A program made the translations under genes and the position numbers. From the NCBI RefSeq assembly GCF_964355755.1, contig NC_092670.1, forward strand, positions 19,268,795-19,332,794: 64,000 bases of DNA, read 5' to 3'. Origin of the DNA: Antedon mediterranea (Eukaryota > Animalia > Echinodermata). Positions within the stretch are counted from its first letter, which is position 1. Each line of letters starts with the position of its first letter. The notes beneath the pieces were generated by a model, which was not told where the DNA came from, ran no database searches, and worked only from the letters and a program-made list of their open reading frames with translations. Shown piece after piece: positions 34,470 through 48,200 of this stretch.

Positions 34470-37400
34470 ATCATTGTGTTTTACTGTAACCAAATTGGCT
34501 ATAGTAAAACACAATACTAAATTTGTATGTAAATGTATCATATTATTATATGTTTCCTATTCTTAATTTGTGTTTTACTGTATCCAGCACAGTGCTAAAT
34601 ATCATTTATCATAGTTAAAATGTTTTACTCTAACCAAATTGGTTATAGTAAAACACAGTGATAAATTACTATGTAAATGTCATTTATCATAATTATTATT
34701 AAATGTTTCATATTCTTTATCATTGTGCTTTACTCTAATCAAATTGGTTATAGTAAAACACAGTGCTAAATTTCTATGTGAATGTCATTTATCATGTTAT
34801 TAAATGTTTCCTATTCTTTATCATTGTGTTTTACTCTAACCAAATTGGTTATAGTAAAACACAGTGCTAAATTGCTATGTAATGACATTTATCATATTAT
34901 TAAATGTTTCCTATTCTATATCATTGTGCTTTACCATAACCAAATTGGTTATAGTAAAATATGGTGCTAAATGTAAATAATCATTATTATTAAATGTTTC
35001 CTATTCTATATCATTGTGCTACTTTACCATAACCAAATTGGTTATAGTAAAACACAGTGATAAATTGCTATGTAAATGTCATTTATCATATTATTAAATG
35101 TTTCCTATTCTTTATCATTATGTTTTACTTTAACCAAATTGGTTATAGTAAAACACAGTGCTAAATTGCTATGTAAATGTCATTTATCATATTATTAAAT
35201 GTTTCCTATTCTATATCATTGTGTTTTACCATAACCAAATTGGTTATAGTAAAACACAGTGATAAATTGCTATGTAAATGTCATTTATCATATTATTAAA
35301 TGTTTCCTATTCTATATCATTGTGTTTTACTATAACAAAATTGGTTATAGTAAAACACAGTGCTAAATTGCTATGTAAATAATCATTATTATTAAATATT
35401 TCCTATTCTTTATCATTGTGTTTTACTCTAACCAAATTGGTTATAGTAAAACACAGTGCTAAATTGCTATGTAAATGTCATATATCATATTATTAAATTC
35501 CTATTCTTTATCATTCTACTTTACTTTAACCAAATTGGTTATAGTAAAACACAGTGCTAAATTGCTATGTAAATGTCATTTATCATATTATTAAGTGTTT
35601 CCTATTCTTTATCATTGTGTTTTACTTTAACCAAATTGGTTATAGTAAAACACAGTGCTAAATTGCTATGTAAATGTCATTTATCAAATTATTAAATGTT
35701 TCCTATTCTATATCATTGTGTTTTACTCTAACTAAATTGGTTATAGTAAAACACAGTGCTAAATTGCTATGTGAATGTCATATATCATATTATTAAATGT
35801 TTCCTATTCTTTATCATTGTGTTTTACTATAACCAAATTGGTTATAGTAAAACACAGTGCTAAATTGCTATGTAAATAATTATTATTAAATGTTTCCTAT
35901 TCTTTATCATTGTGTTTTACTCTAACCAAATTGGTTATAGTAAAACACAGTGCTAAATTGCTATGTGAATGTCATATATCATATTATTAAATGTTTCCTA
36001 TTCTTTATCATTGTGTTTTACTATAACCAAATTGGTTATAGTAAAACACAGTGCTAAATTGCTATGTAAATAATTATTATTAAATGTTTCCTATTCTTTA
36101 TCATTGTGTTTTACTCTAACCAAATTGGTTATAGTAAAACACAGTGATAAATTGCTATGTAAATGTCATTTATCATATTATTAAATGTTTCCTATTCTAT
36201 ATCATTGTGTTTTACTATAACCAAATTGGTTATAGTAAAACACAGTGCTAAATTGCTATGTAAATAATCATTATTATTAAATATTTCCTATTCTTTATCA
36301 TTGTGTTTTACTCTAACCAAATTGGTTATAGTAAAACACAGCGCTAAATTGCTATGTAAATGTCATATATCAAATTATTAAATTCCTATTCTTTATCATT
36401 CTGCTTTACTTTAACCAAATTGGTTATAGTAAAACACAGTGCTAAATTGCTATGTAAATGTCATTTATCATATTATTAAGTGTTTCCTATTCTTTATCAT
36501 TGTGTTTTACTTTAACCAAATTGGTTATAGTAAAACACAGTGCTAAATTGCCATGTAAATGTCATTTATCAAATTATTAAATGTTTCCTATTGTATATCA
36601 TTGTGTTTTACTCTAACTAAATTGGTTATAGTAAAACACAGTGCTAAATTGCTATGTGAATGTCATATATCATATTATTAAATGTTTCCTATTCTTTATC
36701 ATTGTGTTTTACTATAACCAAATTGGTTATAGTAAAACACAGTGCTAAATTGCTATGTAAATAATTATTATTAAATGTTTCCTATTCTTTATCATTGTGT
36801 TTTACTCTAACCAAATTGGTTATAGTAAAACACAGTGATAAATTGCTATGTAAATGTCATTTATCATATTATTAAATGTTTCCTATTCTATATCATTGTG
36901 TTTTACTATAACCAAATTGGTTATAGTAAAACACAGTGCTAAATTGCTATGTAAATAATAATTATTATTAAATGTTTCCTATTCTTTATCATTGTGTTTT
37001 ACTCTAACCAAATTGGTTATAGTAAAACACAGTGCTAAATTGCTATGTAAATGTCATATATCATATTATTAAATTCCTATTCTTTATCATTCTGCTTTAC
37101 TTTAACCAAATTGGTTATAGTAAAACACAGTGCTAAATTGCTATGTAAATGTCATTTATCATATTATTAAGTGTTTCCTATTCTTTATCATTGTGTTTTA
37201 CTTTAACCAAATTGGTTTTAGTAAAACACAGTGCTAAATTGCTATGTAAATGTCATTTATCAAATTATTAAATGTTTCCTATTCTATATCATTGTGTTTT
37301 ACTCTAACCAAATTGGTTATAGTAAAACACAGTGCTAAATTGCTATGTGAATGTCATATATCATATTATTAAATGTTTCCTATTCTTTATCATTGTGTTT

Positions 37401-37735
37401 TACTCTAACCAAATTGGTTATAGTAAAACACAGTGCTAAATTGCTATGTAAATGTCATATATCATATTATTAAATTCCTATTCTTTATCATTCTGCTTTA
37501 CTTTAACCAAATTGTTTATAGTAAAACACAGTGCTAAATTGCTATGTAAATGTCATTTATCATATTATTAAATGTTGCCTATTCTATATCATTGTGTTTT
37601 ACTCTAACCAAATTGGTTATAGTAAAACACAGTGATAAATTGCTATGTAATGACATTTATCATATTATTAAATGTTTCCTATTCTTTATCATTGTGTTTT
37701 ACTCTAACCAAATTGGTTATTGTAAAACACAGTAT
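34470..37735 (+). repeat. ~101-bp palindromic satellite array, right arm (~32 units), opposite orientation to 29065-30600
   Basis: Unit ...ttcctattctttatcattgtgttttactctaaccaaattggttatagtaaaacacagtgctaaattgctatgtaaatgtcatttatcatattattaaatgt. The variant 'taagtgttt' recurs at 35595, 36480 and 37171. Confidence 0.95.
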
Positions 37736-39298
37736 ATTTTACCTCAACAACATCGCCGCAAAATTGTTTATACGTTTATTTTGATTGGCTAACTAAAGTA
37801 CGGTCTAATGAATATTGATATCAGAAGATTCCCTAGCTTAGTGAAAAAATTTTATTACCAAAAATATGCTGATTACGTCACTACCGGAAGTTGTAGTCTA
37901 GCATGATGCAGACGCAATTGATTATGTACGTTTGTTAAACATATAAAAAGCTGTAAATTACCACAAAACGACAATAGGAAAGAATTCAAAGAAATGCCCT
38001 ACGTGTTCAAAATCATTGTTTTAATATAGTCTGTATGTATAACTAACAATTGACCTTGTGGAAGAGCGTATAAATTTAATTTAAAGTAAAACATGATTTA
38101 CTCGCCAATTTGGTATTGGATATATAGCTCCTCATCGACATCGATTATTAGAGTTCAAAGGTTAATCTGTTTGCTGCCCCTATCATCAGGTGGTTGTTTA
38201 TTTTCATAAACTTTGGTTTAATAATACTGCATGGTTTTTTTATTTTTTTCTCAGAAAAATCGACATGTCCTCTCTATTTTCAATTTATAATATAAACAAA
38301 ATTGAAAAGAAAAACCAATTTTCTAATTAATAATCCAGACATTTACATTATTTGACACCGCGAATCAGATAGGCCTAGGCCTATAGGCCTACATTATTTA
38401 TTAAATACAACACTGAGTTCTGCACAACGTTAGTCGAAGACAAAAAAACACGTTCGTAATCATATCCTATCATAAAATTGTATAAAGTGCAATATCATCT
38501 TATATAAATATTGCGATTTAAACAAAATAAATAAACTTCCTTATCTTAATTGTTATTCCAACAAAACGAAATGGGGTAATTAAAAGAAGAGCAACACAGA
38601 ATAATTACAATGATATATTTGTTTTCATATGCTTATAGGAAACTAAAATGTACACTAATAATCTTCTTTGTCATTCCCCCCCCCCCCCCTAGAAATACTA
38701 ATATTACAATTATGCGATGGTTAAATTGTATTGGATCCGCTCCTTGCTGTCTTTCCAGAAATGTGGATATAAAAATGTTGATGATTCACCGCTATTTATT
38801 TATTTAAATTTTCTTTCTTTAAAAAAAACCAAAACAAACACGGGTATATTGCAAAGCTTTATTAGGTCTAATAATCTAAAAAATCATTAATATGGAAATC
38901 TTGAAACGAGATACTATATATAAACATAAGTGATAGCCCCCACCACCTGTTTGTACCATTTTGACGCAACTCAAGGACGAAAGTAAGTAAGATATTTGAC
39001 GAATCACAAGCGATCGATTACTCGAAGTATATAGGTATTCGCTTGCGTTGCGTCTACGTCCTTGTGCGGTCTGTGAGGACCAAACTTGAACTTGTATCAC
39101 TAATTTTAGACGCAACGCAAGGACGTAATTAGCGCATAATAGCTGAGGAATTGACCATCATCTCCGTATCAACAACGTTTGACGTATCGCATCGGTTATA
39201 CGACGATCCTGCTGAGTAAAGGCTATTTATACATTCTGTCAATGTTAATAACGTAAATTGATACAAAAATAGATTTTGGTTTACACTATTGAATAGTA

Positions 39299-42200
39299 TT
39301 ATTGATTCGAATATTTGCGCCCAGTGTTCGTTGGCTTATTTCCACATCTAGGGTCCTTTAGTTTTCCGTCATCCATCTTTTTAGGTATCTGTACTCTGCA
39401 ACAAGTATTTGAAACAAGGCACATAAAGATAAGAAGGACCACCAAGGCTCCAATCACTGTTATTGAGTATACGATCTGTAAACTTAAGCCTGGTCCATTT
39501 TCTATAGATTTGTGAAGTGTTGTTATTATATAATCCAAAGCCATATACGTATTGTTCTTATTGCCGCCAAGTCGACTACGGCCGCTGTCAACAAGCCGCG
39601 CGTATTCCAATTCTGTGACCAGTGGCCACACGTCACTACCAAAAGCGAAAGCAAGCTGTAGAATAAACACAGATATTTTATTTAGTAGCCTATAGGGATC
39701 GTTATGCTAAAACGGTGTAAAACTAAATAAATGTCTACAAAAATGTTATTATATAAAAGATTTGATATAGCTAAATAAAAAATCAAATTGAGAAAGGAAT
39801 AGGTGAAATCGCAGTTTAATTATAATATCTCGTTAAATAAATCTAACGTGTGCGCGCGGAGAAACAAAACCATAGGCCTAATTAAGTATATAAAAATAAA
39901 GTGTATTATTATCTTTTTAAACCTTTTAAATAACACGAGTGTGACCATGCGCTTACTAACGCATTAACAACTCCAATAAAAATACATAAAAACATATCAA
40001 CGTAGTTCAACATTACTTAAATTCCGATCACCTGTCTCATTACACTTTCATTTCTCGCAATAAAATCAAACAGTTCTGTTATAAATCTACATATTCACGC
40101 TTTCTAATTACTCTTAATTTGCAGAATGCATAAACGTTCCCCGAAGGAGTGGTAATACGACTGTATGCAGATACAGAACACATGCGGATCCACCTGAACT
40201 TCCATCTTCACACAAAAACTCCCACTCACCCAACCAACCAACCAACCACCCGCCAACCCTTCCATATTCACATGTCTCATCAACATTTCCTACGATGTTT
40301 TTTATAGTATGGCGATGTTTTTTTGTTTTATAGTATGGCAATAATCGAGCTATTAGCAGCGGTTTGAAGGTCGACATCTTAAGAAATCTGATTAGTGAAA
40401 AATAGGTGAATTTAGATAACAGTACTTGCGCTTGTAGAGACTATTGAAGAGGGCTAGAAGGTTTGGCCGGAAGTCATTGGTTGGAAAATATTTGATGCGA
40501 ATAATTCGCCCAGTGAAAGAACAGTTAAAATCGTTAATCATTAATATGATTTAGTAGGTCAAATTAGTTTTTAAAGTCAGACCAGGCAATGTATATCCAC
40601 ACACTCCACCACTCCTAGTTAAAGTTAATTATTCTTCTCTCTGCTCTGTCAATCAGAAACTACATTATTTGTGTTCAACATGGTTATGAAGAAATTGAAA
40701 AGCATAATGCATTTTGAAAAAGATATTGATTATTTTTCAACCGTGAGCTATTTTCATATACAAGATAAAATTGTTCCTACTGAGTATAGAAAATCGATTA
40801 CTTTAATTTTCTGTAATTTAAATACAAGGTGAATTGGAATTGAAATATTATATAACGCTGTTCTTTCTTAGAAATTGTGATATTGGTATTTCGTAATTTA
40901 AATAATCTAAGCACAGAGAACATTTTTGTGTGTTACCATAATTATTACTAAAAAAATTCAAATTCTTGTACCGATCAAAAATAATTTTAAAAAAGACAAA
41001 CGTAATTAAATTATAGATTTCCAAATCCTACTTAACTTGCGTGTCCGAGCTAAATTTGGAGGTTAAATTTAATTTATCTACTAAGGAGATATTAGGCTCA
41101 AAATAGACAAAGCATTATAGAGCCAGATTATGCATATAAACGCCGATGTATGATTGTGAGAATAATGAAATAATATTGTGTATTGTGATATCGGGCCATA
41201 CCAGCAAGTGTTGGTTATAGCTATAGATAACCATTCGTGTTTGTTTGTATAGAATGCAATAGGCCTACCGTATTGAATAATAATTCATATAATACAACAC
41301 TCTGAATTAGAAACAATTAATACTTAAAAAATAATTCATTTCTTAAAATGGTTGTACTGTATTTAGGCCAAATATAGGTTTTAAGTTTGTTTAAACTTTT
41401 ATATTTATATTATTATAGGCTTACAGCATGTGCATAACCATAATTACTTGCACTTTCAATATTTACATTAAGTGCTAGTTTTATGGTTTTGCAGTAATTA
41501 TTACCGATAGCAAACAATAAAAGTGAAAATTGAGAATGAATTAATAATTATCGTAAAATGGCTGATAACGCATGATACAGTATATTTATACAGATGGTTG
41601 ATGTGTATATGTTTGAGTGGAAGTGAAGTAATAGGTGAAGTGAAATAAAACGACAAAAAAATGTTCAGAAAAATATAGAAAATAAAAGATAAAATAAGAA
41701 AAGAAAAGGGAAAATATATTTTAAAGAAGAAAGTTTAAAAATAAAATAAATGAAAATGAAAAAAATTAGAAAGAAAATGCACAAAAATAAAATAAGAAAA
41801 ACTTAAAAAAGAAAAAAAAATGAAAAAGAAAAACAAAAATAAGAATGAAAAAAGGTAAATATAAAAAAGAAAAAATAATTTTTAAACAGACAAAAAAGAG
41901 AGGGAAAGGGAAAAAAGAGAGTAAAACAGAAAACAAAATAAGCACGGCGTGCATCAACCATTTGGAGTGAATTTTTGCTGAAAACATTACAATATGCCTA
42001 GCCTATTAACTTGATAATAGACATAAGCACGGGGTGCATCAACCATTTGGAGTGAATTTTTGCTGAAAACATTAAAATGCCTAGCCTATTAACTAGACAA
42101 TAAACATAAGCACGGGGTGCATCAACCATTTGGAGTGAATTTTTGCTGAAAACATTAAAATGCCTAGCCTATTAACTAGACAATAAACATAAGCACGGCG

Positions 42201-45200
42201 TGCATCAACCATTTGGAGTGAATTTTTGCTGAAAACATTAAAATGCCTAGCCTATTAACTAGACAATAAACATAAGCACGGGGTGCATCAACCATTTGGA
42301 GTGAATTTTTGCTGAAAACATTAAAATGCCTAGCCTATTAACTAGACAATAAACATAAGCACGGCGTGCATCAACCATTTGGAGTGAATTTTTGCTGGAA
42401 ACATTACAATGCCTAGCCTATTAACTTGACAATAAACATAAGCACGGGGTGCATCAACCATTTGGAGTGAATTTTTGCTGAAAACATTACAATGCCTAGC
42501 CTATTAACTTGACAATAAACATAAGCACGGGGTGCATCAACCATTTGGAGTGAATTTTTGCTGAAAACATTAAAATGCCTAGCCTATTAACTTGACAATA
42601 AACATAAGCACGGGGTGCATCAACCATTTGGAGTGAATTTTTGCTGAAAACATTAAAATGCCTAGCCTATTAACTTGACAATAAACATAAGCACGGGGTG
42701 CATCAACCATTTGGAGTGAATTTTTGCTGAAAACATTAAAATGCCTAGCCTATTAACTAGACAATAAACATAAGCACGGCGTGCATCAACCATTTGGAGT
42801 GAATTTTTGCTGAAAACATTACAATGCCTAGCCTATTAACTTGACAATAAACATAAGCACGGGGTGCATCAACCATTTGGAGTGAATTTTTGCTGAAAAC
42901 ATTACAATGCCTAGCCTATTAACTTGACAATAAACATAAGCACGGGATGCATCAACCATTTGGAGTGAATTTTTGCTGAAAACATTACAATATGCCTAGC
43001 CTATTACCTTGATAATAAACATTTACCTGGTTATGTTCATATGCATAAAATATAACCACATTGTTATCACAGGTATCCCTATGAAACCAATCAATCAGAA
43101 GATATTTTGCAAACATGTACGCCTGCTCCTTCTTTGGTATAAAATCTCTATAATGAAAAACAAAAACATTATTACACTATATAAAGTAGGAACAATTGAA
43201 TTAAGTAAACCTATAATGACACAAATCGAATAGGCACAAAGCTTGGTTCTTATTTGACGAAACGCGAGGTCGTACGCGTAGCGCAGGTGAGTTGACCAAT
43301 CACAATCGACAGTTCAGATGGTCTAGAAGATTCATGCCAAGTTGCCATTAAATTGTTCCATGACCACACCACCATGAACGTGATGACATTATTGCCTGTT
43401 TGTTATTGTACCTGTATTATTAAAACACTATGCTAATAATAGATTAATACAAAACCAGCATTAACTCGATTTGCCCATGGGGCAGATTAATTATGTGTCA
43501 GTTTCATCTTATTAATATGATTAGTTTTGAATATTATGATCATGAAAATTTAAAATGATTGATCAATAAACTGAGCAGAGTCTTAATCGAACCGAGTGGG
43601 GAATTTTGTGATTATCAAACTGCAAACACAAATAAAACAATATTGTGTGAAAACCTTAAAGAATGTCATGTTAGTTATCAAAACAAGATATTTACGGGGA
43701 CCGTAGTTTAGCTGAAATAGTAAACCTCTGTGAATATGTGATCGATCAGCCCACGGGTCCCGGCGGTTTGAGTGCTGCACGGTATTATGTCATTGAGGGG
43801 GAGGGATGATACAAGTTATGCACATCTTTTGTAGGCCTAATATTTTATTTCAATAAGTGCTGCTTTTGCTTCTTACGTCAGAAGATATTGATGATTGTGA
43901 TTTTGTATTTTTTGGACACTTCTAATGTGTTAGTACTATCGAATTTACAACTATACTATGGCAATAAGTATAATCAGTTTTTGAAATGGGTATTTATTAT
44001 TCATGCAATTTAGTAAAGATGATTTATATTGTGACAGTAATAGGCTTTACTGGCATCTTCAGACTGCAGATTTGTTCCTATCTATCAGTTAGAATGATCT
44101 ATAGATGCAGTAGCTCGGTGGATACCACTCCTATTTTTATACGGTATAAATGGTATGACATCATCATTGTATTGGCGTTTTTGGCGTTTAAGTACCTTGA
44201 CGTTTTGTTAAACTTAGTATAGGACGTTTAATTCTAGTGTACAGCACCGAATGATTTTGGCGTGCTACTGTGTGATCGCGTTTAATTGTAATTAATGCTG
44301 TTTATATTGTCGATCTAGTTACTGTGTTTGGAGAAGAAGGCCAAACAGCTGGGGTTTCACAGAGAACAAATAAAGTATTACTGTATTATCAATGTCAGTG
44401 ATTAATATGATTTTATATAACCCATTTTAAGGCCTCTTATGAGGTTCGTATGATATATGGGCTCGTTCAGGCTTAGTTAGTCGGGTAAGTTTGTTGGTTT
44501 CTACACAAGTTAATACTAATAATATCCTGGATTTATATAGCGCCTCTGTTGAGAAACCTCTCTAAGCGCTGAACATTATTACCCCAGTCATTTTTTGTGT
44601 GGATCAAACACGTATGGAAACATACTCCCATAATACAGCTAGTAATCAGCTGTGTCAACCGGGTTCCCATTTATACATCTGGGTGGAGAGAGGCAAGGCT
44701 AAGTAAAGTATCTTGCCTAAGGATAGGCCTACAAGCAATGCGGCGATAATTGGATTCGAACCTCGATCTCACGATCAGTAGTCCAACGTCCAACACAATG
44801 CGCCACACGCCCTAATAATATAATGCGTGGTTCCCACTTGAGACGAAACACAAGGACGTAACGCAACATAAGGAATTTGACCAATCACAAGCGATTCGAG
44901 CTGTCGCTTGTCATTGGTCAACACGCTTGCGTTGCGTTTACGTCCTTACGTTGCGTCCTAGTGGGAACCAAGCTTTACAGTTAGTTATGACTGTGTGACC
45001 ATGGAATCCATTTACCACCCAGGATCGATATTCTATAAAACTATTTTGTTACTGGTCAGGCTTACTTACATGTCGATGGTCATCCATCCCACAAGTGCTA
45101 CAACAATGCGCAGGCCGACGTCATCATCTCCACAACCCGAATCACATAAACAGCTTGAATTCTGGATATCTTTCAGAGTTTCATCAATCATAATATCTAT

Positions 45201-48200
45201 ATTTTTAAACAAACATTTATGACACCGTTAAACTTGCTCAGAGCATCTTATATATTCCAGTAAATAAATACTCTTTTACAAATTTCTTTTTCTTCTTTAT
45301 TACCTGTTATTGGACCATTTTAATGTTTCAATATTTTTTATTTGGTTTTTGCATGTTTTTTTATATCTTGTTTTGTTGTTGATATATTACACTTTCTACT
45401 GCAGACAATGAATATAACAACAATACTATTATTAGAATATCTCTTCGCAGTTATCAGATGTTTTTGTTGTTGAGTCAAGCGATGGAATTTAATATCTAAG
45501 ACTACTCATCTTAACCACTTGAGATATTCATATAACGCATATATATGCATTGCCATGTAGATTAAGCACTCATTATACATAAATCCAATATCATTATTTC
45601 GCCGTTGTTTATATAATATATCGATTTCGTGTTATTAGTGTACAATTTAAAATATCAAGTATTCGTTTGAAATGCGATTTTGTCATTCTGTTGCATTGCA
45701 CATGCAAGGCGATTTGTTGAAGAGGTGACAAGAAGGTATCGCACCCTTAATAAGTTCACTCAATCTGTGATTTATAACGCTAGCATGCTTTTTAGTTTCC
45801 TCGTATGTCAAATCCATGCATCACATGACCATATATTTGAAATATTATTTTTTAAGTTGTTATCCTAATTCGTTTCATGAATATTTTAAATTGATTATTG
45901 CATTCCATTTATTCGACTGTCGCTTGTCATTCGGGTCAGCTTGCGTCTACGTCATTGCGTTGCATCATTGGAACCAAGCTCTATGCTACGGTTTGTGTTG
46001 TATTGTACGCGTACGTGCTCTTCTTCAAAATGTTTATTTGGACCGCAGCATTTAAACCATTTACATTTAAATCACAATACTAAACCTGTCCGCCCGAATG
46101 GCGTCCATGGATTTACTGGGCGCGTAGTTTTATAAGATAGGAGCTTGGCAACAGTTACCTATCTTGCGCCGCTATACAATCTCTGTTGCCTGTGTGTATT
46201 CGCGTTCAAATGTTATTAATAATTGTACGGTTTTTTTCGCTTCAAAATCTGTATTAAGCTTGGTTCCCACTAGCGACGCAACACAAGGACGTAACGCAAC
46301 ACAAGTGAATTGACCAATCGTGATTGCTAACTGTCTATAACTTCGCTTGTTATTGGTTAAAACGCTTGCGTTGCGTTTACGTCCTTGCGTTCTAGTGGGA
46401 ACCAAGTATTAGACTGTTCCGTCATCAACTTTGTCATTTTTTAATATTAGCAAATACGTACATTAAAAATAGAAAATGAAGCACTACGATTGTTCTTGAA
46501 TACTTCATTACAGTTACGGTTTCACGTTAACAAAACACTTTAATTTAACGTCATATATGGTTAGATCGTTCATAACAACCAAACAAACATTGTTAGCGAA
46601 ATTCATTCTAATATTAATTGGTTTTGAAATAACGTGGTAGATCCTTTGTCGTTTGTCTCTTTGTAATAAAACGTTAGATCATAAATGTTTATGAAGTACA
46701 GCGTGTTCAGTATGTATATCAGTTACCGGTATAATGTGTAGTTCGTGTTCATATTGATCATATATGCCATGCAATATAATATTTTTGGAGTATAATATCT
46801 ATAAAGCTCTGTCGACACTATCAAACTAGTGTGACAAAAAAAGTGTGATGTGTCCAAATATGGTAGTGATATACCCAAATATCACATTTTTTTGTCACAT
46901 CAAGTTTTATTTTGTAGACATAGCTTAACTTTAAAGCTCTAGAGCAGAGTTCAGCCGGAACACCAAATGCAAACTGTCGATTCAAACTGATTTAGAGAAA
47001 GCAGACATGTGATATGTAACCTACAGTATGATGGTTGTAAAGTCGCGTTCAGATATAGTTCGAATTTAAGACTGACTTATTAAAGACTGATTTATTAAAG
47101 GCTAATTTAATGTTGTAAAATATACGTTCAATGAGGAAGCGGTAAAATGTACTAATATCAATGTTAATTTATTACGTAGTATTGACCAGCAGGAAACGTA
47201 GTTTCCGCAAGCCTGTCACACTACCGTATTCAACTGTATAATTTATTTTAACATTACCGAATGGGTGAAAATCATGATGATACTGATGATAGATCAAGGT
47301 AATGGAAGATAATGAAGATATTTGGTGGTGACGATGATAAAGGTGATGATGATAATAGTCTTGGTGGTGAATATGATGATGATAATGGTTTTGGTGGTGA
47401 GGTGGTGCATATGCTGATAATGGTTTTGGTTCCGACAAATATAAAGGTGATGATAATGGTCTTGGTGGTGAGTTGGTGCATGATGATGATAATGGTTTTG
47501 GTCGTGACAATGAAAAAGGTGATGATAATGGTCTTGGTGGTGAGGTGGTGCATATAAGATGATAAAGGTGAGGATGATAATGGTCTTAGTGGTGAGGTGG
47601 TGAATATAATGGTTTTGGTGGTAACAATGATAAAGGTGAGGATGATAATGGTCTTGGTGGTGAGGTGGTGAATGGTTTTGGTGGTAACAATGATAAAGGT
47701 GAGGATGATAATGGTCTTAGTGGTGAGGTGGTGAATATGATGATATTGGATTTGGTGGTGAGGTGGAACATGATGATGATGATGATAACGGGTTTGGTCG
47801 TGACAATGATAACGTTGATGATGATAGTGATGATAATGGGTGTTTAGATGATGATAATGATAATAGTGCAGGTTTTGGTGGTTATGATGTGATGTATGAT
47901 TACGATTTGGATGCTGAAGTGACATGATGATAGCGGGTTTGGTGGTGACAACAATACTACCGTTAGATGAAGATGGTGGTGCTGATACCAATGATGATGG
48001 TTTTGTGGTGACGATAGATCAAAGTGATGATAATGGGTTTGATAGTGACGACAAATCAAAGCGATGATATTTTTTTTAATGACGATAAATAAAAGTGATG
48101 GTAATATTAATGTCGGTGACGATATATCAAGGTGATGGTGATGATTGTGGTTGTGACGACAGATCAAAGTAGTGATAATGGGTTTTATGAGTTTTAATGT

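Larger units (their letters stand above)
28844..38130. mobile_element. ~9.3-kb non-autonomous foldback-type transposon (Galileo/P-superfamily-like or sea-urchin TU-like architecture)
   Basis: Left end CAGGTATATAAACTATACCATACTGGCGAGTAAATCATGTTTTACTTT versus right end (reverse complement) GAGCTATATATCCAATACCAAATTGGCGAGTAAATCATGTTTTACTTT. Exact 7-bp direct repeat CTCATCG at 28837-28843 and 38131-38137. Mirror-image satellite arms; no transposase ORF seen. Confidence 0.75.

Noticed and set aside
40104-40377. GC-richer ORF pair in the MOLO-like intron
   Set aside because: No recognisable homology, includes a (CCAA)n tract and has no convincing splice sites in phase.
41940-43020. 83-bp array as a CRISPR or ncRNA cluster
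   Set aside because: Units are contiguous and near-identical with no unique spacers and no tRNA/snoRNA boxes.
47172-48167. His-rich / Thr-Ile-rich ORFs up to 239 aa
   Set aside because: Low-complexity GAT/GGT repeat open in several frames on both strands, inside an intron.
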